DNA of 64,000 nucleotides. Origin: Gemmatimonadales bacterium (GTDB lineage: Bacteria; Gemmatimonadota; Gemmatimonadetes; Gemmatimonadales; GWC2-71-9). Below, piece after piece: positions 32,825 through 41,590 of this stretch. The stretch is taken from contig OZ252244.1 of NCBI GenBank assembly GCA_965249575.1, positions 2,656,001-2,720,000 of the forward strand. The letters run 5' to 3'. The stretch's first letter is position 1. Every line of letters begins with the position of its first letter. The position numbers and the translations under genes were made by a program. A model generated the notes under the pieces. The model made no database searches and was not told the origin of the DNA. It saw nothing but the letters and a program-made list of their open reading frames with translations.

Positions 32825-33478
32825 ATGGTTGAGAGACGACCGATCACGCAGGCTGAGTTCGCGAAGCGCCTCCGGTACGTGATGGATGAGGTGTGGCCGG
32901 TAAAGATTCGGGGAAGGGACATCGCCGAGATTGCGCAAGTTGCACCGAACACGATCAGCCGCTGGAGAAACCCCAAGTACGCCAGTGGTCCGCCATCCCA
33001 GCGCGACATGCAGGAGCTTGAGCTGGCGGTGGGTTTGGCTAGGGGCAGCCTCCTAGCGCCCACCAGTCCTTGGAAAGAGCGACTCGAAGAGCTAAGAGAT
33101 CTGGTAGCTGAAGCGACTCGCGATGGGCGGCAACGGTTTCATCCATCGCAGATCCTGAGCCACATGATGTGGCGGGGATGGGGTCCTTCGGGGTCGCCTA
33201 CTCGGGTGGCCGAGACCCTCCCTCGCGGGGTGCAGGCCATGAGCCCAGATTCCATGGGTGGATCACAGGGGGATGAGAGCACCATGGAGGCGCCGGAAGA
33301 TTGGCTCGCGTTCGCGCTGCGCTTCGCGCGGATGCTGCGGAACGACGAAGTGAAGGTCGCCCTCGATGTCCGATTGGCACTGATTGATGATGCAGAACAA
33401 CTCTGGAAGGAGCAGGGCGTTACGATGGCGAGCTACTTCCAGGCCCTTCGAGAAGAGCAGCGACGCAAGGCTTCCTAA
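32825..33478 (+). CDS. Xre-family HTH prophage repressor
   Basis: 'EFAKRLR...RDIAEIAQVAPNTISRWRN'; divergent from the early operon. Confidence 0.8.
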   Translation: MVERRPITQAEFAKRLRYVMDEVWPVKIRGRDIAEIAQVAPNTISRWRNPKYASGPPSQRDMQELELAVGLARGSLLAPTSPWKERLEELRDLVAEATRDGRQRFHPSQILSHMMWRGWGPSGSPTRVAETLPRGVQAMSPDSMGGSQGDESTMEAPEDWLAFALRFARMLRNDEVKVALDVRLALIDDAEQLWKEQGVTMASYFQALREEQRRKAS

Positions 33479-33980
33479 CGCGGTCTGGCGCTGTGTGCTT
33501 GCCTGTTGGGACCTCGGCATCCTCTACGCGGATGACGACTGGGCCCCGATCTCCGATATCAATCTTCAGCTCCTGCTCCGGCGCGCGGGGATCCGCGTCC
33601 ACCAGCTCCCGCTCTACGGCCCCGCCGAAATTGTCTGGCCCGCGATCTGTGGGACGCACCTGATGTACGTCGAACGCATGCAAACGGCGGGCGAGAAGTC
33701 CTTGGCGATTCGCCACGGGTTAGGACATGTCCTGGCCGGCGACCTCGCCGATCCGAGCTGTAACCATGACTGCAGCCACTGGAGCGGCTTCGAGGAGGCG
33801 GAGGCCGATGGCTTCGCCATGGTCGATCTCATCCCGAATCGTCTGCTCATGCAGTGGCAGGCTGTCTGCGAAACGCAGGCGGAACTCGAGGGCTACGTCA
33901 GGGACGAGCTCTGCCGGTACGTCCCGAACTGGCCGGCCGATCGGGTCGCCGATCGGGTCAGGCTGAGGCTGGCACTGTGA
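33384..33980 (+). CDS. ImmA/IrrE-like metallopeptidase with degenerate motif (start uncertain)
   Basis: 'AIRHGLGHVL' in the HExxH position, downstream 'EEAEADGFA'; follows the repressor. Confidence 0.7.
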   Translation: MMMQNNSGRSRALRWRATSRPFEKSSDARLPNAVWRCVLACWDLGILYADDDWAPISDINLQLLLRRAGIRVHQLPLYGPAEIVWPAICGTHLMYVERMQTAGEKSLAIRHGLGHVLAGDLADPSCNHDCSHWSGFEEAEADGFAMVDLIPNRLLMQWQAVCETQAELEGYVRDELCRYVPNWPADRVADRVRLRLAL

Positions 33981-35248
33981 GCCGCAAGAGAGCGGTGCGT
34001 TATCCGACGACGGTGGTACTGGCAGTTCTCGCATTGGCTTGTTCAGAGAATCCGAGCGCCCCTCCCCAAAGTGGAGGCGGGGCTAACCCCACCAATCCAC
34101 CACCACCGGATCCACCACTACTTCCGCCAACAACCAAGACTCTCGAATTCAAGGCGCTCGCCGCAGGGGGCGGGCACACATGCGCCATCACGCGCGTCGA
34201 CGAGACCTACTGCTGGGGAGTCAACTTGACCGGTCAGTTGGGGATCGCGGACACGACGATTCAAACCACGCCCGTTTTTGTGTCTAATGACTTCGGTAGT
34301 GTTACCGCAGGCGGAGCACACACATGTGCTATAGACAGCCGCAGTGAGCTCTACTGCTGGGGTGATAACGGCCGTGGGCAACTTGGACGCGGCTCTTCCG
34401 GCATCTTTTCAAGTACTCCGGCAAAGGTCGTACAACTTCCACCGGTATCGAAGGCCGTAGCCTATAGCCAGACAACCTGTGCCGTGACCTTGACTGGGGA
34501 GGTGTACTGTTGGGGTGACAATATCTGGGGGAAGCTCGGGCTCTCTTTTCTCTGGCCCAACGGAACATTCGAATCCGCGGTGCCTGTGCAGATAACAGCC
34601 CAAGTCGAGTTCACAGACGTCTCGGTTGGCGCCTATCACGCCTGCGCGCTCGACACGGTAGGTTATGCGCATTGTTGGGGCTGGGGGTTGCAACTGGGCA
34701 CTGGAACAGTCAGCAACAGGGAGGTCCTCTCGCCTCTCCCGGTGGCTGGAAACAATCTTTTTACCACAATCAGTTCTGCGGCCCATACCTGTGGCATCGC
34801 TACAAACGGGGATGGATGGTGTTGGGGGGATGACGGTCGAGGGGAAATGGGCAACGGAAATTGGGGTGAGTCGACCGATACACCGACGAAAGTTGTTGGC
34901 GCACTCACGTTCACGGGACGCATGGCCACTGGCGGAGGACTCAGCGGCCTTGGTGGGGATCCATATACTTGCGCCACCACTGCGGGCATGACCGCCTACT
35001 GTTGGGGTGGGAACAGTGAAGGCCAATTGGGGAACGGGATTACTACACAGGGGGTGACGACTGAGCCCCGTCTGGTTGAGGGCAACCACGAATTCACTCG
35101 CGTCGTTGCTGGTTACCGACATGCGTGTGCCATCACCCTGACCTACGAAGCGTATTGCTGGGGGCGTAACACGTGGGGCAACCTCGGCGACAGCACTACA
35201 ACAGATAGCAACGTCCCGGTGAAGGTCGTGAATGAAGTGGAAGCGTGA
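33977..35248 (+). CDS. RCC1/BLIP-II repeat lipoprotein
   Basis: LALAC lipobox, Pro-rich linker, seven 'HTCA...YCWG.N..GQLG' type repeats. Confidence 0.9.
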   Translation: MSRKRAVRYPTTVVLAVLALACSENPSAPPQSGGGANPTNPPPPDPPLLPPTTKTLEFKALAAGGGHTCAITRVDETYCWGVNLTGQLGIADTTIQTTPVFVSNDFGSVTAGGAHTCAIDSRSELYCWGDNGRGQLGRGSSGIFSSTPAKVVQLPPVSKAVAYSQTTCAVTLTGEVYCWGDNIWGKLGLSFLWPNGTFESAVPVQITAQVEFTDVSVGAYHACALDTVGYAHCWGWGLQLGTGTVSNREVLSPLPVAGNNLFTTISSAAHTCGIATNGDGWCWGDDGRGEMGNGNWGESTDTPTKVVGALTFTGRMATGGGLSGLGGDPYTCATTAGMTAYCWGGNSEGQLGNGITTQGVTTEPRLVEGNHEFTRVVAGYRHACAITLTYEAYCWGRNTWGNLGDSTTTDSNVPVKVVNEVEA

Positions 35249-35260
35249 ACCAACGACCCC

Positions 35261-35515
35261 CATGTGCTGGCGGGTCACGTCTCAGAGCAGTCGTACAACT
35301 TTCATGGTGGGGACTGGCGGGATTACGAGGAGCAGGTCGCCGACCTCTTCGCGCTGGTGGATCTCATCCCGAATCGCCTGCTCATGCAGTGGCAGGCGGT
35401 CTGCGACACGCAGCAGGATCTGGAGTCGTACGTGACCGATGAGCTCCGGCGCTACGTCCCCGACTGGCCCGACGAACGGGTCGCCGATCGGGTCAGGCTG
35501 AGGTTGACGCTGTGA
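35261..35515 (+). repeat. Second, diverged copy of the immA-like 3' end (255 bp, colinear with 33726-33980)
   Basis: 'HVLAG...DLIPNRLLMQWQAVC...RVADRVRLRL.L*' is shared. Confidence 0.92.
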
Positions 35516-35869
35516 GAGATCATTATCGCACCTGGACAGCACTGGTGTTCGCGATCGGCTTGATCTTCGGATGTGGCGACACACCGGTCGCCGCGCCAAA
35601 TCCGCCGGCCTTCGATGTAGAGGTCACCTTTTACTAGCGAACGAGGCAGCAATTGCATCTTTCGCTTTCGGGCCGTGGCGAACGATCCGAACATCGCCGT
35701 CAATTACAACCTAGAGGTCAACGGTCGACCTCATTCGAGTGGGCAGTTTTGGGGCGAACTCGAGGAGAGCTGGGCGCAGTCTTACGGCGGTGCCAATCCG
35801 AACGTCCACTACCAATTCAGTGTCGGTACTACGTGGAGCGTGAACAGGAGTATTGGCGCGAGCTGCTGA
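35512..35869 (+). pseudogene. Small lipoprotein, frameshifted at a T run near 35630
   Basis: MRDHYRTWTALVFAIGLIFGC-GDTP...; removing one T joins it to ORF 35675-35869. Confidence 0.65.
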
Positions 35870-35936
35870 GGGGACTCTTGACCACCGCGCCGGACGACGA
35901 CGGGGGGCCCAGGTATCGATTCTGCAAGGAGGTACT

Positions 35937-36746
35937 ATGACCAAGGTCTCCAAGCGGTTCCTGAATCGCGCCAAACCGGCGCTCCGCAAATATCAGCGTA
36001 TCATCGAAGCATCCCGCGATCGTGACGTCAACGAATCCGACACGGTGGTCGTCATCACCGACTTCCTGAGCGACGTCCTAGGCTACGACAAATACGAGGA
36101 GATCACCACCGAGTACTCGGTCCGGCGCACGTACTGCGATCTCGCAGTCAAGGTCGGTGGCGATCTCCGCTTCCTCATCGAGGTCAAGGCGATCGGGAAG
36201 GACCTGCGCGAGAACCACCTGCGGCAGGCGGTGGATTATGGGGCGAGGGAAGGCATTGAGTGGGTCCTGCTGACCAACGGCGTCGAGTGGCAGGCGCATC
36301 GCCTTCGCTTCGAGAAACCCATCCAGCACGACCTCGTCATCACGATCGACCTCCTGGACGCTGACGCGAAACCCGCTACCCTCCTCGAGCAGCTGTATCT
36401 CCTGAGCCGGGAAGCGGCGCAGAGCGATGCGATTGATCGGTTCCGCCGGCAGCAGGAGGCCACGAACCGCTTCGTGTTGGCCCAAGTCGTGCTGAGCGAG
36501 CCCGTGGTCAAGGTTGTACGACGCGAGCTCCGGCACCTGTCGCCCGAACTCCGGATCTCCGACGAAGAAGTGACCGAGCTGCTCACGACGAGCGTGATCA
36601 AGCGGGATGCCGTCGATGGTGAACAAGCCAAGGAAGCGGTGTCCTTCGTTCGACGGGCGGCTCGGCGGCGGGCCCGCCGATCCCGGGACACCGCTTCACC
36701 TCAGCCTGAGCCTCCGGCAATGGAAGCGGCGGACGCTGGTGAGTAA
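35937..36746 (+). CDS. Stand-alone HsdR N-terminal-like PD-(D/E)xK nuclease
   Basis: 'NESDT...LSDVLGYD', 'CDLAVK...LIEVKA', 'QAVDYG', 'LTNGVEW'; AGGAGG RBS. Confidence 0.85.
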   Translation: MTKVSKRFLNRAKPALRKYQRIIEASRDRDVNESDTVVVITDFLSDVLGYDKYEEITTEYSVRRTYCDLAVKVGGDLRFLIEVKAIGKDLRENHLRQAVDYGAREGIEWVLLTNGVEWQAHRLRFEKPIQHDLVITIDLLDADAKPATLLEQLYLLSREAAQSDAIDRFRRQQEATNRFVLAQVVLSEPVVKVVRRELRHLSPELRISDEEVTELLTTSVIKRDAVDGEQAKEAVSFVRRAARRRARRSRDTASPQPEPPAMEAADAGE

Positions 36747-38253
36747 GGGCTTCCTGGCAGCCGTCGCGGTACTCGTTGGCGCTGTGACGTGGCCGAAGGG
36801 GACGAGAGCTGGCGCATCAACGCTCGCAGTCATGGGTGTCCTTGTGCTCGCGTGCGGTGACACAGTTGTGAGCCCCGGTGGGGGGAGTGGGGGCGGGAGC
36901 GGTGCTGGCTCGATTCAGGTTTCGGTCAGCACCAGCGGTACGGGAACGGATCCTAGCGGCTACACCGTGAACGCTGGTGGCCAATCCCAGTCCATATCGA
37001 CTGACGGCTCTGTCACGATCGCCGATCTTGTCCCAAATAGCTACGACGTCTCCCTTGCCGCCGTGTCTGGAAACTGCACCATCGATGGCGCGATCACGCA
37101 GTCGATTCAGGTGTCCACCGGCGGCGTTACACCAGTCTCGTTTGACGTGCGCTGTGCTGGGCGACTTATGTATACGATATGGAATTCGAATTTTGATATC
37201 GAGTTCATGTACGTCGGCTTCGATGGAAGTCTGGTCAACCTTTCCAATGATCCGGCTCGCCTGGTCAACCTTTCCAATGATCCGGCTCGCGACACTCACG
37301 GGACTTGGTCCCCAGACGGATCCCGTATCGCATTTTGGCGGGAGGCGAGCACTTTCCAAGCAATGTACGTCGTGAATGCCGACGGGAGTGGATTAAACGA
37401 GCTCACGCGTGACGGCGGATTGGGAACACTCCTGTGGTCGCCGGATGGCTCCCAAATCGCCTACTCACGGGCGCAAGATCTCTACATTATACCGGCTGCG
37501 GGTGGGGTTCCGGTCAACATCACTGGGACGGGTGCGAATTTCGGTTTTGCTTGGTCGCCGAACGGAACGAGAATCGTCTTCAGCAGCAACCGATCGAACA
37601 ACGAAGATATCTATACGGTCGCACCGGACGGCAGCCAATTGACCCTACTGACCATAAACCCAGCTCGCGACAAGGATCCCATTTCGTCACCGGACGGGTC
37701 CCAAATCGCTTTCGTAAGCGACAGGGATGGAGTCTTCGGGATCTACATCATAAACGCGGGTGGCGGCGGCTTGAGAGCGGTAACGACAAACACGGTGGAT
37801 TTTCCAAAAGATCTCAGATGGTCGCCGGATGGATCACGCATTGCGTTTGACAGTCGTCAGGACGGGAACCCGGCCGCGCAGTGTCGATTCGACATCTACT
37901 CTGTAGCAAGCGATGGATCCGGTCTAGTGAAGCTGAGTCAGAACGCCGGCTTGGATTGCCCGTCGTGGCATCGCTGGTCACCAGATGGTGCTCAAATAAT
38001 CTTTGCGAGCGGGCCCGACGACATCAGTGACCGAGATATCTATGTCGTGAACCCGGATGGTACGGGTCTTCAGAAACTCACGAATGAATCGGCCAACTTC
38101 CGGCCGCACTGGTCGCCGGCCGGGTCGCAGATCGCGTTCAGCAGCCGACGGGACGGCAAGCACGACATCTTCGTCATGGATCCGGACGGCAGCAATGTGA
38201 TCAAGATAACGCACAATGCTGTTGGTGGCGGAGCCGTGCGCTGGCAGCCCTAG
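36739..38253 (+). CDS. TolB-like (PD40) beta-propeller lipoprotein with an Ig-like domain
   Basis: LVLAC lipobox; repeated 'WSPDGS.IAF.S.RDG..DIY'. Confidence 0.88.
   Translation: MSKGFLAAVAVLVGAVTWPKGTRAGASTLAVMGVLVLACGDTVVSPGGGSGGGSGAGSIQVSVSTSGTGTDPSGYTVNAGGQSQSISTDGSVTIADLVPNSYDVSLAAVSGNCTIDGAITQSIQVSTGGVTPVSFDVRCAGRLMYTIWNSNFDIEFMYVGFDGSLVNLSNDPARLVNLSNDPARDTHGTWSPDGSRIAFWREASTFQAMYVVNADGSGLNELTRDGGLGTLLWSPDGSQIAYSRAQDLYIIPAAGGVPVNITGTGANFGFAWSPNGTRIVFSSNRSNNEDIYTVAPDGSQLTLLTINPARDKDPISSPDGSQIAFVSDRDGVFGIYIINAGGGGLRAVTTNTVDFPKDLRWSPDGSRIAFDSRQDGNPAAQCRFDIYSVASDGSGLVKLSQNAGLDCPSWHRWSPDGAQIIFASGPDDISDRDIYVVNPDGTGLQKLTNESANFRPHWSPAGSQIAFSSRRDGKHDIFVMDPDGSNVIKITHNAVGGGAVRWQP
37231..37290. 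repeat. Perfect 30-bp tandem duplication
   Basis: ctggtcaacctttccaatgatccggctcgc x2, encoding LVNLSNDPAR x2. Confidence 0.95.
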
Positions 38254-38258
38254 TCGAG

Positions 38259-38293
38259 ACCTATCGGTGACCACCCCGCTCGACGAGCACGGC
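38259..38293 (+). repeat. Orphan copy of the lipoprotein-stop/BRCT-start junction (matches 40882-40916)
   Basis: acctaYcggtgaccacYccgctYgaYgagcacggc. Confidence 0.85.
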
Positions 38294-38442
38294 GCACCTA
38301 AGGTGGGATCGCAAGGTGGACATGGCCGAGCGGGATATCTGGCAAGCTATCACCCATCATTGAACACGGCGTTATACGGGGGTATTCAGGGTGCCCCTGG
38401 TGAAGCGTCGGGCGCGGCGTCTGTGACCTAAGGAGAGAAGCA

Positions 38443-40038
38443 ATGAAACGTGTGTGTGCCGGTGCACTGGCTGTAGGCCTGCTCACGATCGTCCCGGGTG
38501 CGGCTCACGCGCAACTCGAGAGCGTGGGTTCGATCGATTTTCCGACTTCCGCGTCGGGACAGACGCAGCAGCACTTTTTGCGCGGCGTCGCCATCCTGCA
38601 CAGCTTCGGCTGGAAGCAGGCCATCGAGCAGTTCCAAGCGGCTCAGCAGATCGACCCCGATTTCGCGATGGCTTACTGGGGGGAGTCGCTCGCCTACAAC
38701 CATCCGCTCATCACCCAGATGGACCCCACGGAGCCTCGTAACGTGCTTGCGCGCTTGGGGCCCACCAAGGCCGAGCGATTGGCAAAAGCGCCGACGGATC
38801 GCGAGCAGGGGTTGCTGAGCGCCGTCGAGATCCTGTGGGGGGAAGACGATCACGTTGCCCGGCGGGTCGGGTACATGGAGGCGATGAGTCGACTCCACAA
38901 GCAGTACCCCGACGATTCCGAAATCGCCGCCTTCTATGCGTTGTCGATGCTGAGTGCGGTGCGTGCAACACGCGACCTGAGCCAGCGGCTCAACGTCAGG
39001 GCCGGCGCCATCGCCTTGAAGCTGTTCGAGCAGAACCGGAACCATCCGGGTGCCGCCCACTACGCCATCCACTCGTTTGACGATCCGGTGCATGCCCCGC
39101 TCGCGCTGGAAGCGGCCTATCGCTTCGCGGAGATAGCACCGGCCGTATCGCACGCGCGGCACATGCCGACCCATATCTTCATCCAGCACGGCATGTGGGA
39201 CCGTGTCTCCAGCAACAACCAATCCGCCTATGATGCGGCTCGCGAGCTGTGGAGACCCGGTGATCCAATGGGCGATGCGGTCCATGCCCTCGATTGGGGT
39301 CAGTACGGCGACCTGCAGCGTGGGGACTACGCGAAAGCGCGCCATTGGATCGAGCGTATCGAGACAATGGCCGGGCAAGGCACCTTCTTGGAAGGTGGGC
39401 CACGCGGAACGCCTGGACAAGCCCGCGCCAAGCGTGCGGTCCCACTCCTCAAGTCGCGCTATATCGTCGAGACCGAGGAGTGGACGGTCCGGCCGATCAC
39501 GGACGAGACGTCCACCCACGAGCTGCTGGCCACTGGTCTCAGCGCGGCACGCACCGGTCACCAGGCGGCCTTGCGGGAAGTCGAGGCCGCGCTCCAGAAG
39601 ATCATCGACAGTGGTAAAGCCACGGGTCGGGACGCGAAGGAGTACGCGTCCATCATGTACAAGCAAGTCGGTGCCCTCCTACATGCCGGCATGGGACACG
39701 TCGACATAGCGACGGGTCTGATGGACGAGGCCGTGGAAGTCGTGGAGGCCATGACCCCGCCGAGTGGCTCCGCCTCGCCGATCAAGCCGGTCCACGAGCT
39801 GTACGGTGAGATTCTGCTCGACCTCGATCGACCCAGCGACGCAATCGAGAAATTCGAGACCTCGCTCCTTCGGATGCCCAACCGGCCCCGGTCGTTGCTC
39901 GGAGTGGCGCGAGCATACGCTGCGACCGGCCACCGTGCGAAGGCTGCTGGAGCGTACCAGAAGCTGGCGGCGGTGTGGGCAAACCGCGAATCGTTCGCAG
40001 GGCTGCAAGAGGCTCAGCAGTACTTGGAGACGTCGTAG
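38443..40038 (+). CDS. Secreted TPR-repeat protein
   Basis: Signal peptide AHA-Q; 'AQQIDPDFAMAYWG', 'HPGAAHYAIH', 'HARHMPTHIF'. Confidence 0.8.
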   Translation: MKRVCAGALAVGLLTIVPGAAHAQLESVGSIDFPTSASGQTQQHFLRGVAILHSFGWKQAIEQFQAAQQIDPDFAMAYWGESLAYNHPLITQMDPTEPRNVLARLGPTKAERLAKAPTDREQGLLSAVEILWGEDDHVARRVGYMEAMSRLHKQYPDDSEIAAFYALSMLSAVRATRDLSQRLNVRAGAIALKLFEQNRNHPGAAHYAIHSFDDPVHAPLALEAAYRFAEIAPAVSHARHMPTHIFIQHGMWDRVSSNNQSAYDAARELWRPGDPMGDAVHALDWGQYGDLQRGDYAKARHWIERIETMAGQGTFLEGGPRGTPGQARAKRAVPLLKSRYIVETEEWTVRPITDETSTHELLATGLSAARTGHQAALREVEAALQKIIDSGKATGRDAKEYASIMYKQVGALLHAGMGHVDIATGLMDEAVEVVEAMTPPSGSASPIKPVHELYGEILLDLDRPSDAIEKFETSLLRMPNRPRSLLGVARAYAATGHRAKAAGAYQKLAAVWANRESFAGLQEAQQYLETS

Positions 40039-40082
40039 GAGCGGATCATCGACAGCTGAAGAGCCTGAGGAGGCTCCCGATC

Positions 40083-40316
40083 ATGGAAGCCATGGACTCC
40101 AAAGCGGCAGAATACGCCGGGCGAGCATCCCCGATGCGGACGGTCGTGGAGCAGCTCCCAGACGGAACAATCCAGTGGGCCAAAAGCCTGCAGGACTTCC
40201 CCGGATGTATTGTGCAAGCTTCGACTGGACCGGAAGCCCATCGGCGGCTGCGAGAGATCATCCCTCAGTATTCTGAACCGCTCCGCAACCGGGGAGTCGC
40301 GGTCCCCCCCCGGTGA
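40083..40316 (+). CDS. HicB-like small protein
   Basis: 'QDFPGCIVQASTGPEA...LRE'; AGGAGG RBS. Confidence 0.6.
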   Translation: MEAMDSKAAEYAGRASPMRTVVEQLPDGTIQWAKSLQDFPGCIVQASTGPEAHRRLREIIPQYSEPLRNRGVAVPPR

Positions 40317-40375
40317 TCCCCGACTGGCCCGACGAACGAATCGCCGATCGGGTGCTGTTGAGGCTGGCACTGTGA
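40317..40375 (+). repeat. Third copy of the immA-like 3' end (59 bp)
   Basis: Encodes PDWPDERIADRVLLRLAL* and ends in ctgtga like the other copies. Confidence 0.9.
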
Positions 40376-40893
40376 AGAAGGTGCCCTTCGTTTTAGCGGT
40401 GATGGTGGTGGCAAACACCTGCTCCGACAAAGCACCTACCGAGCTGCCTCCACCACCGTACATCATCGATGTCGTGGGGGATCGGTCGCTCGTCGCTGTG
40501 AACGATAGCTCCGTACCGCGCCTGATCTATACGACCACCTGTCTAGAGGGATATATAGCTGACGGCTACACGGTGGCCGAGAGTGTTTACGTGACCGCTG
40601 GATTCCTGTCACTCAGGTCCGACAGCACGTATGTATGGTTCAGAGAGAATCGAGAGGATTGCTACGTCAACGCCAACTTTGGTCGGTCGTTCACCTTTCA
40701 ATACATAGCCCGTGGGAGTTTCTCAACGAGAGGAGTGCACCACGATAAGCTGATCCTCCGGGGCGCGGCCGGCGGTCATGCTGTGTACCGCCCGCGGCGG
40801 AATCCTGGGGATCGGGTACGCCCTACCGCAATCGTTCTGAAGGTTTTTCACGATTCCGTCCCTGGCGGCTTCTACACCGTCACCTACCGGTGA
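40372..40893 (+). CDS. Probable lipoprotein
   Basis: MKKVPFVLAVMVVANTC-SDKAPTELPPPP; GTG overlaps the repeat's stop codon. Confidence 0.65.
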   Translation: MKKVPFVLAVMVVANTCSDKAPTELPPPPYIIDVVGDRSLVAVNDSSVPRLIYTTTCLEGYIADGYTVAESVYVTAGFLSLRSDSTYVWFRENREDCYVNANFGRSFTFQYIARGSFSTRGVHHDKLILRGAAGGHAVYRPRRNPGDRVRPTAIVLKVFHDSVPGGFYTVTYR

Positions 40894-41348
40894 CCACTCC
40901 GCTTGATGAGCACGGCCAACCAGTCAACCGCGGCTTCAACGCCTGGAGCATCTACCGCCGCTCGATCGACGAGATGCTCGGGCTCTGCAAAGGGGTGATC
41001 CTCGACGGCCACGTGACGGACAGTGAAGCGGTCGCGCTTGACGAGTGGCTCGCTGCGCACCCTGAGGTCGCGCGGACCTGGCCGGGGAATATTTTGGCCC
41101 AACGGCTCCGGACTATCTTCGCAAATGCGATCGTCGAGGAGGACGAGCGGGCCGACCTGAAGGACCTGCTAGAGAAGATCACTGGCCCCGATTCCGACTT
41201 CACCACGGTCGGCGGCCAGTCCACCACGCTTCCCCTCGATGAGCCGCCGCCGACCAACTACGCCTTTTGCTTTACCGGCCGGTTCGTCCGCGGTGAGGTT
41301 TGTCAAGGGGAGGTCTTATGTCGCCGCCAGGAGCCACCATGGCGTTAG
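40890..41348 (+). pseudogene. BRCT-domain protein, truncated at the start of the BRCT domain
   Basis: 'LGLCKGVILDG.V...E', 'WPGNIL', 'TTLPLDEPPP..FCFTGRF', after which similarity is lost. Confidence 0.65.
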
Positions 41349-41584
41349 AAAAAGAGATGGAGACCTACCGGAAGAATCTGCCCGAATGGGGGGAGTACGA
41401 GGGGAAATTTGTGCTCATTCACGGCGAGGAGGTAATTGACTTCTTCGGTGCCTACGAGGACGCAATCAAGGCAGGCTATCAGCGGTTCGCACTCAAGCCC
41501 TTTCTCGTCAGGCGGATTAGCCTGGTCGAGCAAGTCCAGCGTGTCACTCGGCTAGCCGTTCCTTCATCGGCGGCTGCCGAGTAA
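41339..41584 (+). CDS. Small DUF5678-like protein
   Basis: 'YEGKFVLIHGEEVIDFF.AYEDAIKAGY'. Confidence 0.6.
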   Translation: MALEKEMETYRKNLPEWGEYEGKFVLIHGEEVIDFFGAYEDAIKAGYQRFALKPFLVRRISLVEQVQRVTRLAVPSSAAAE

Positions 41585-41590
41585 GACTCG

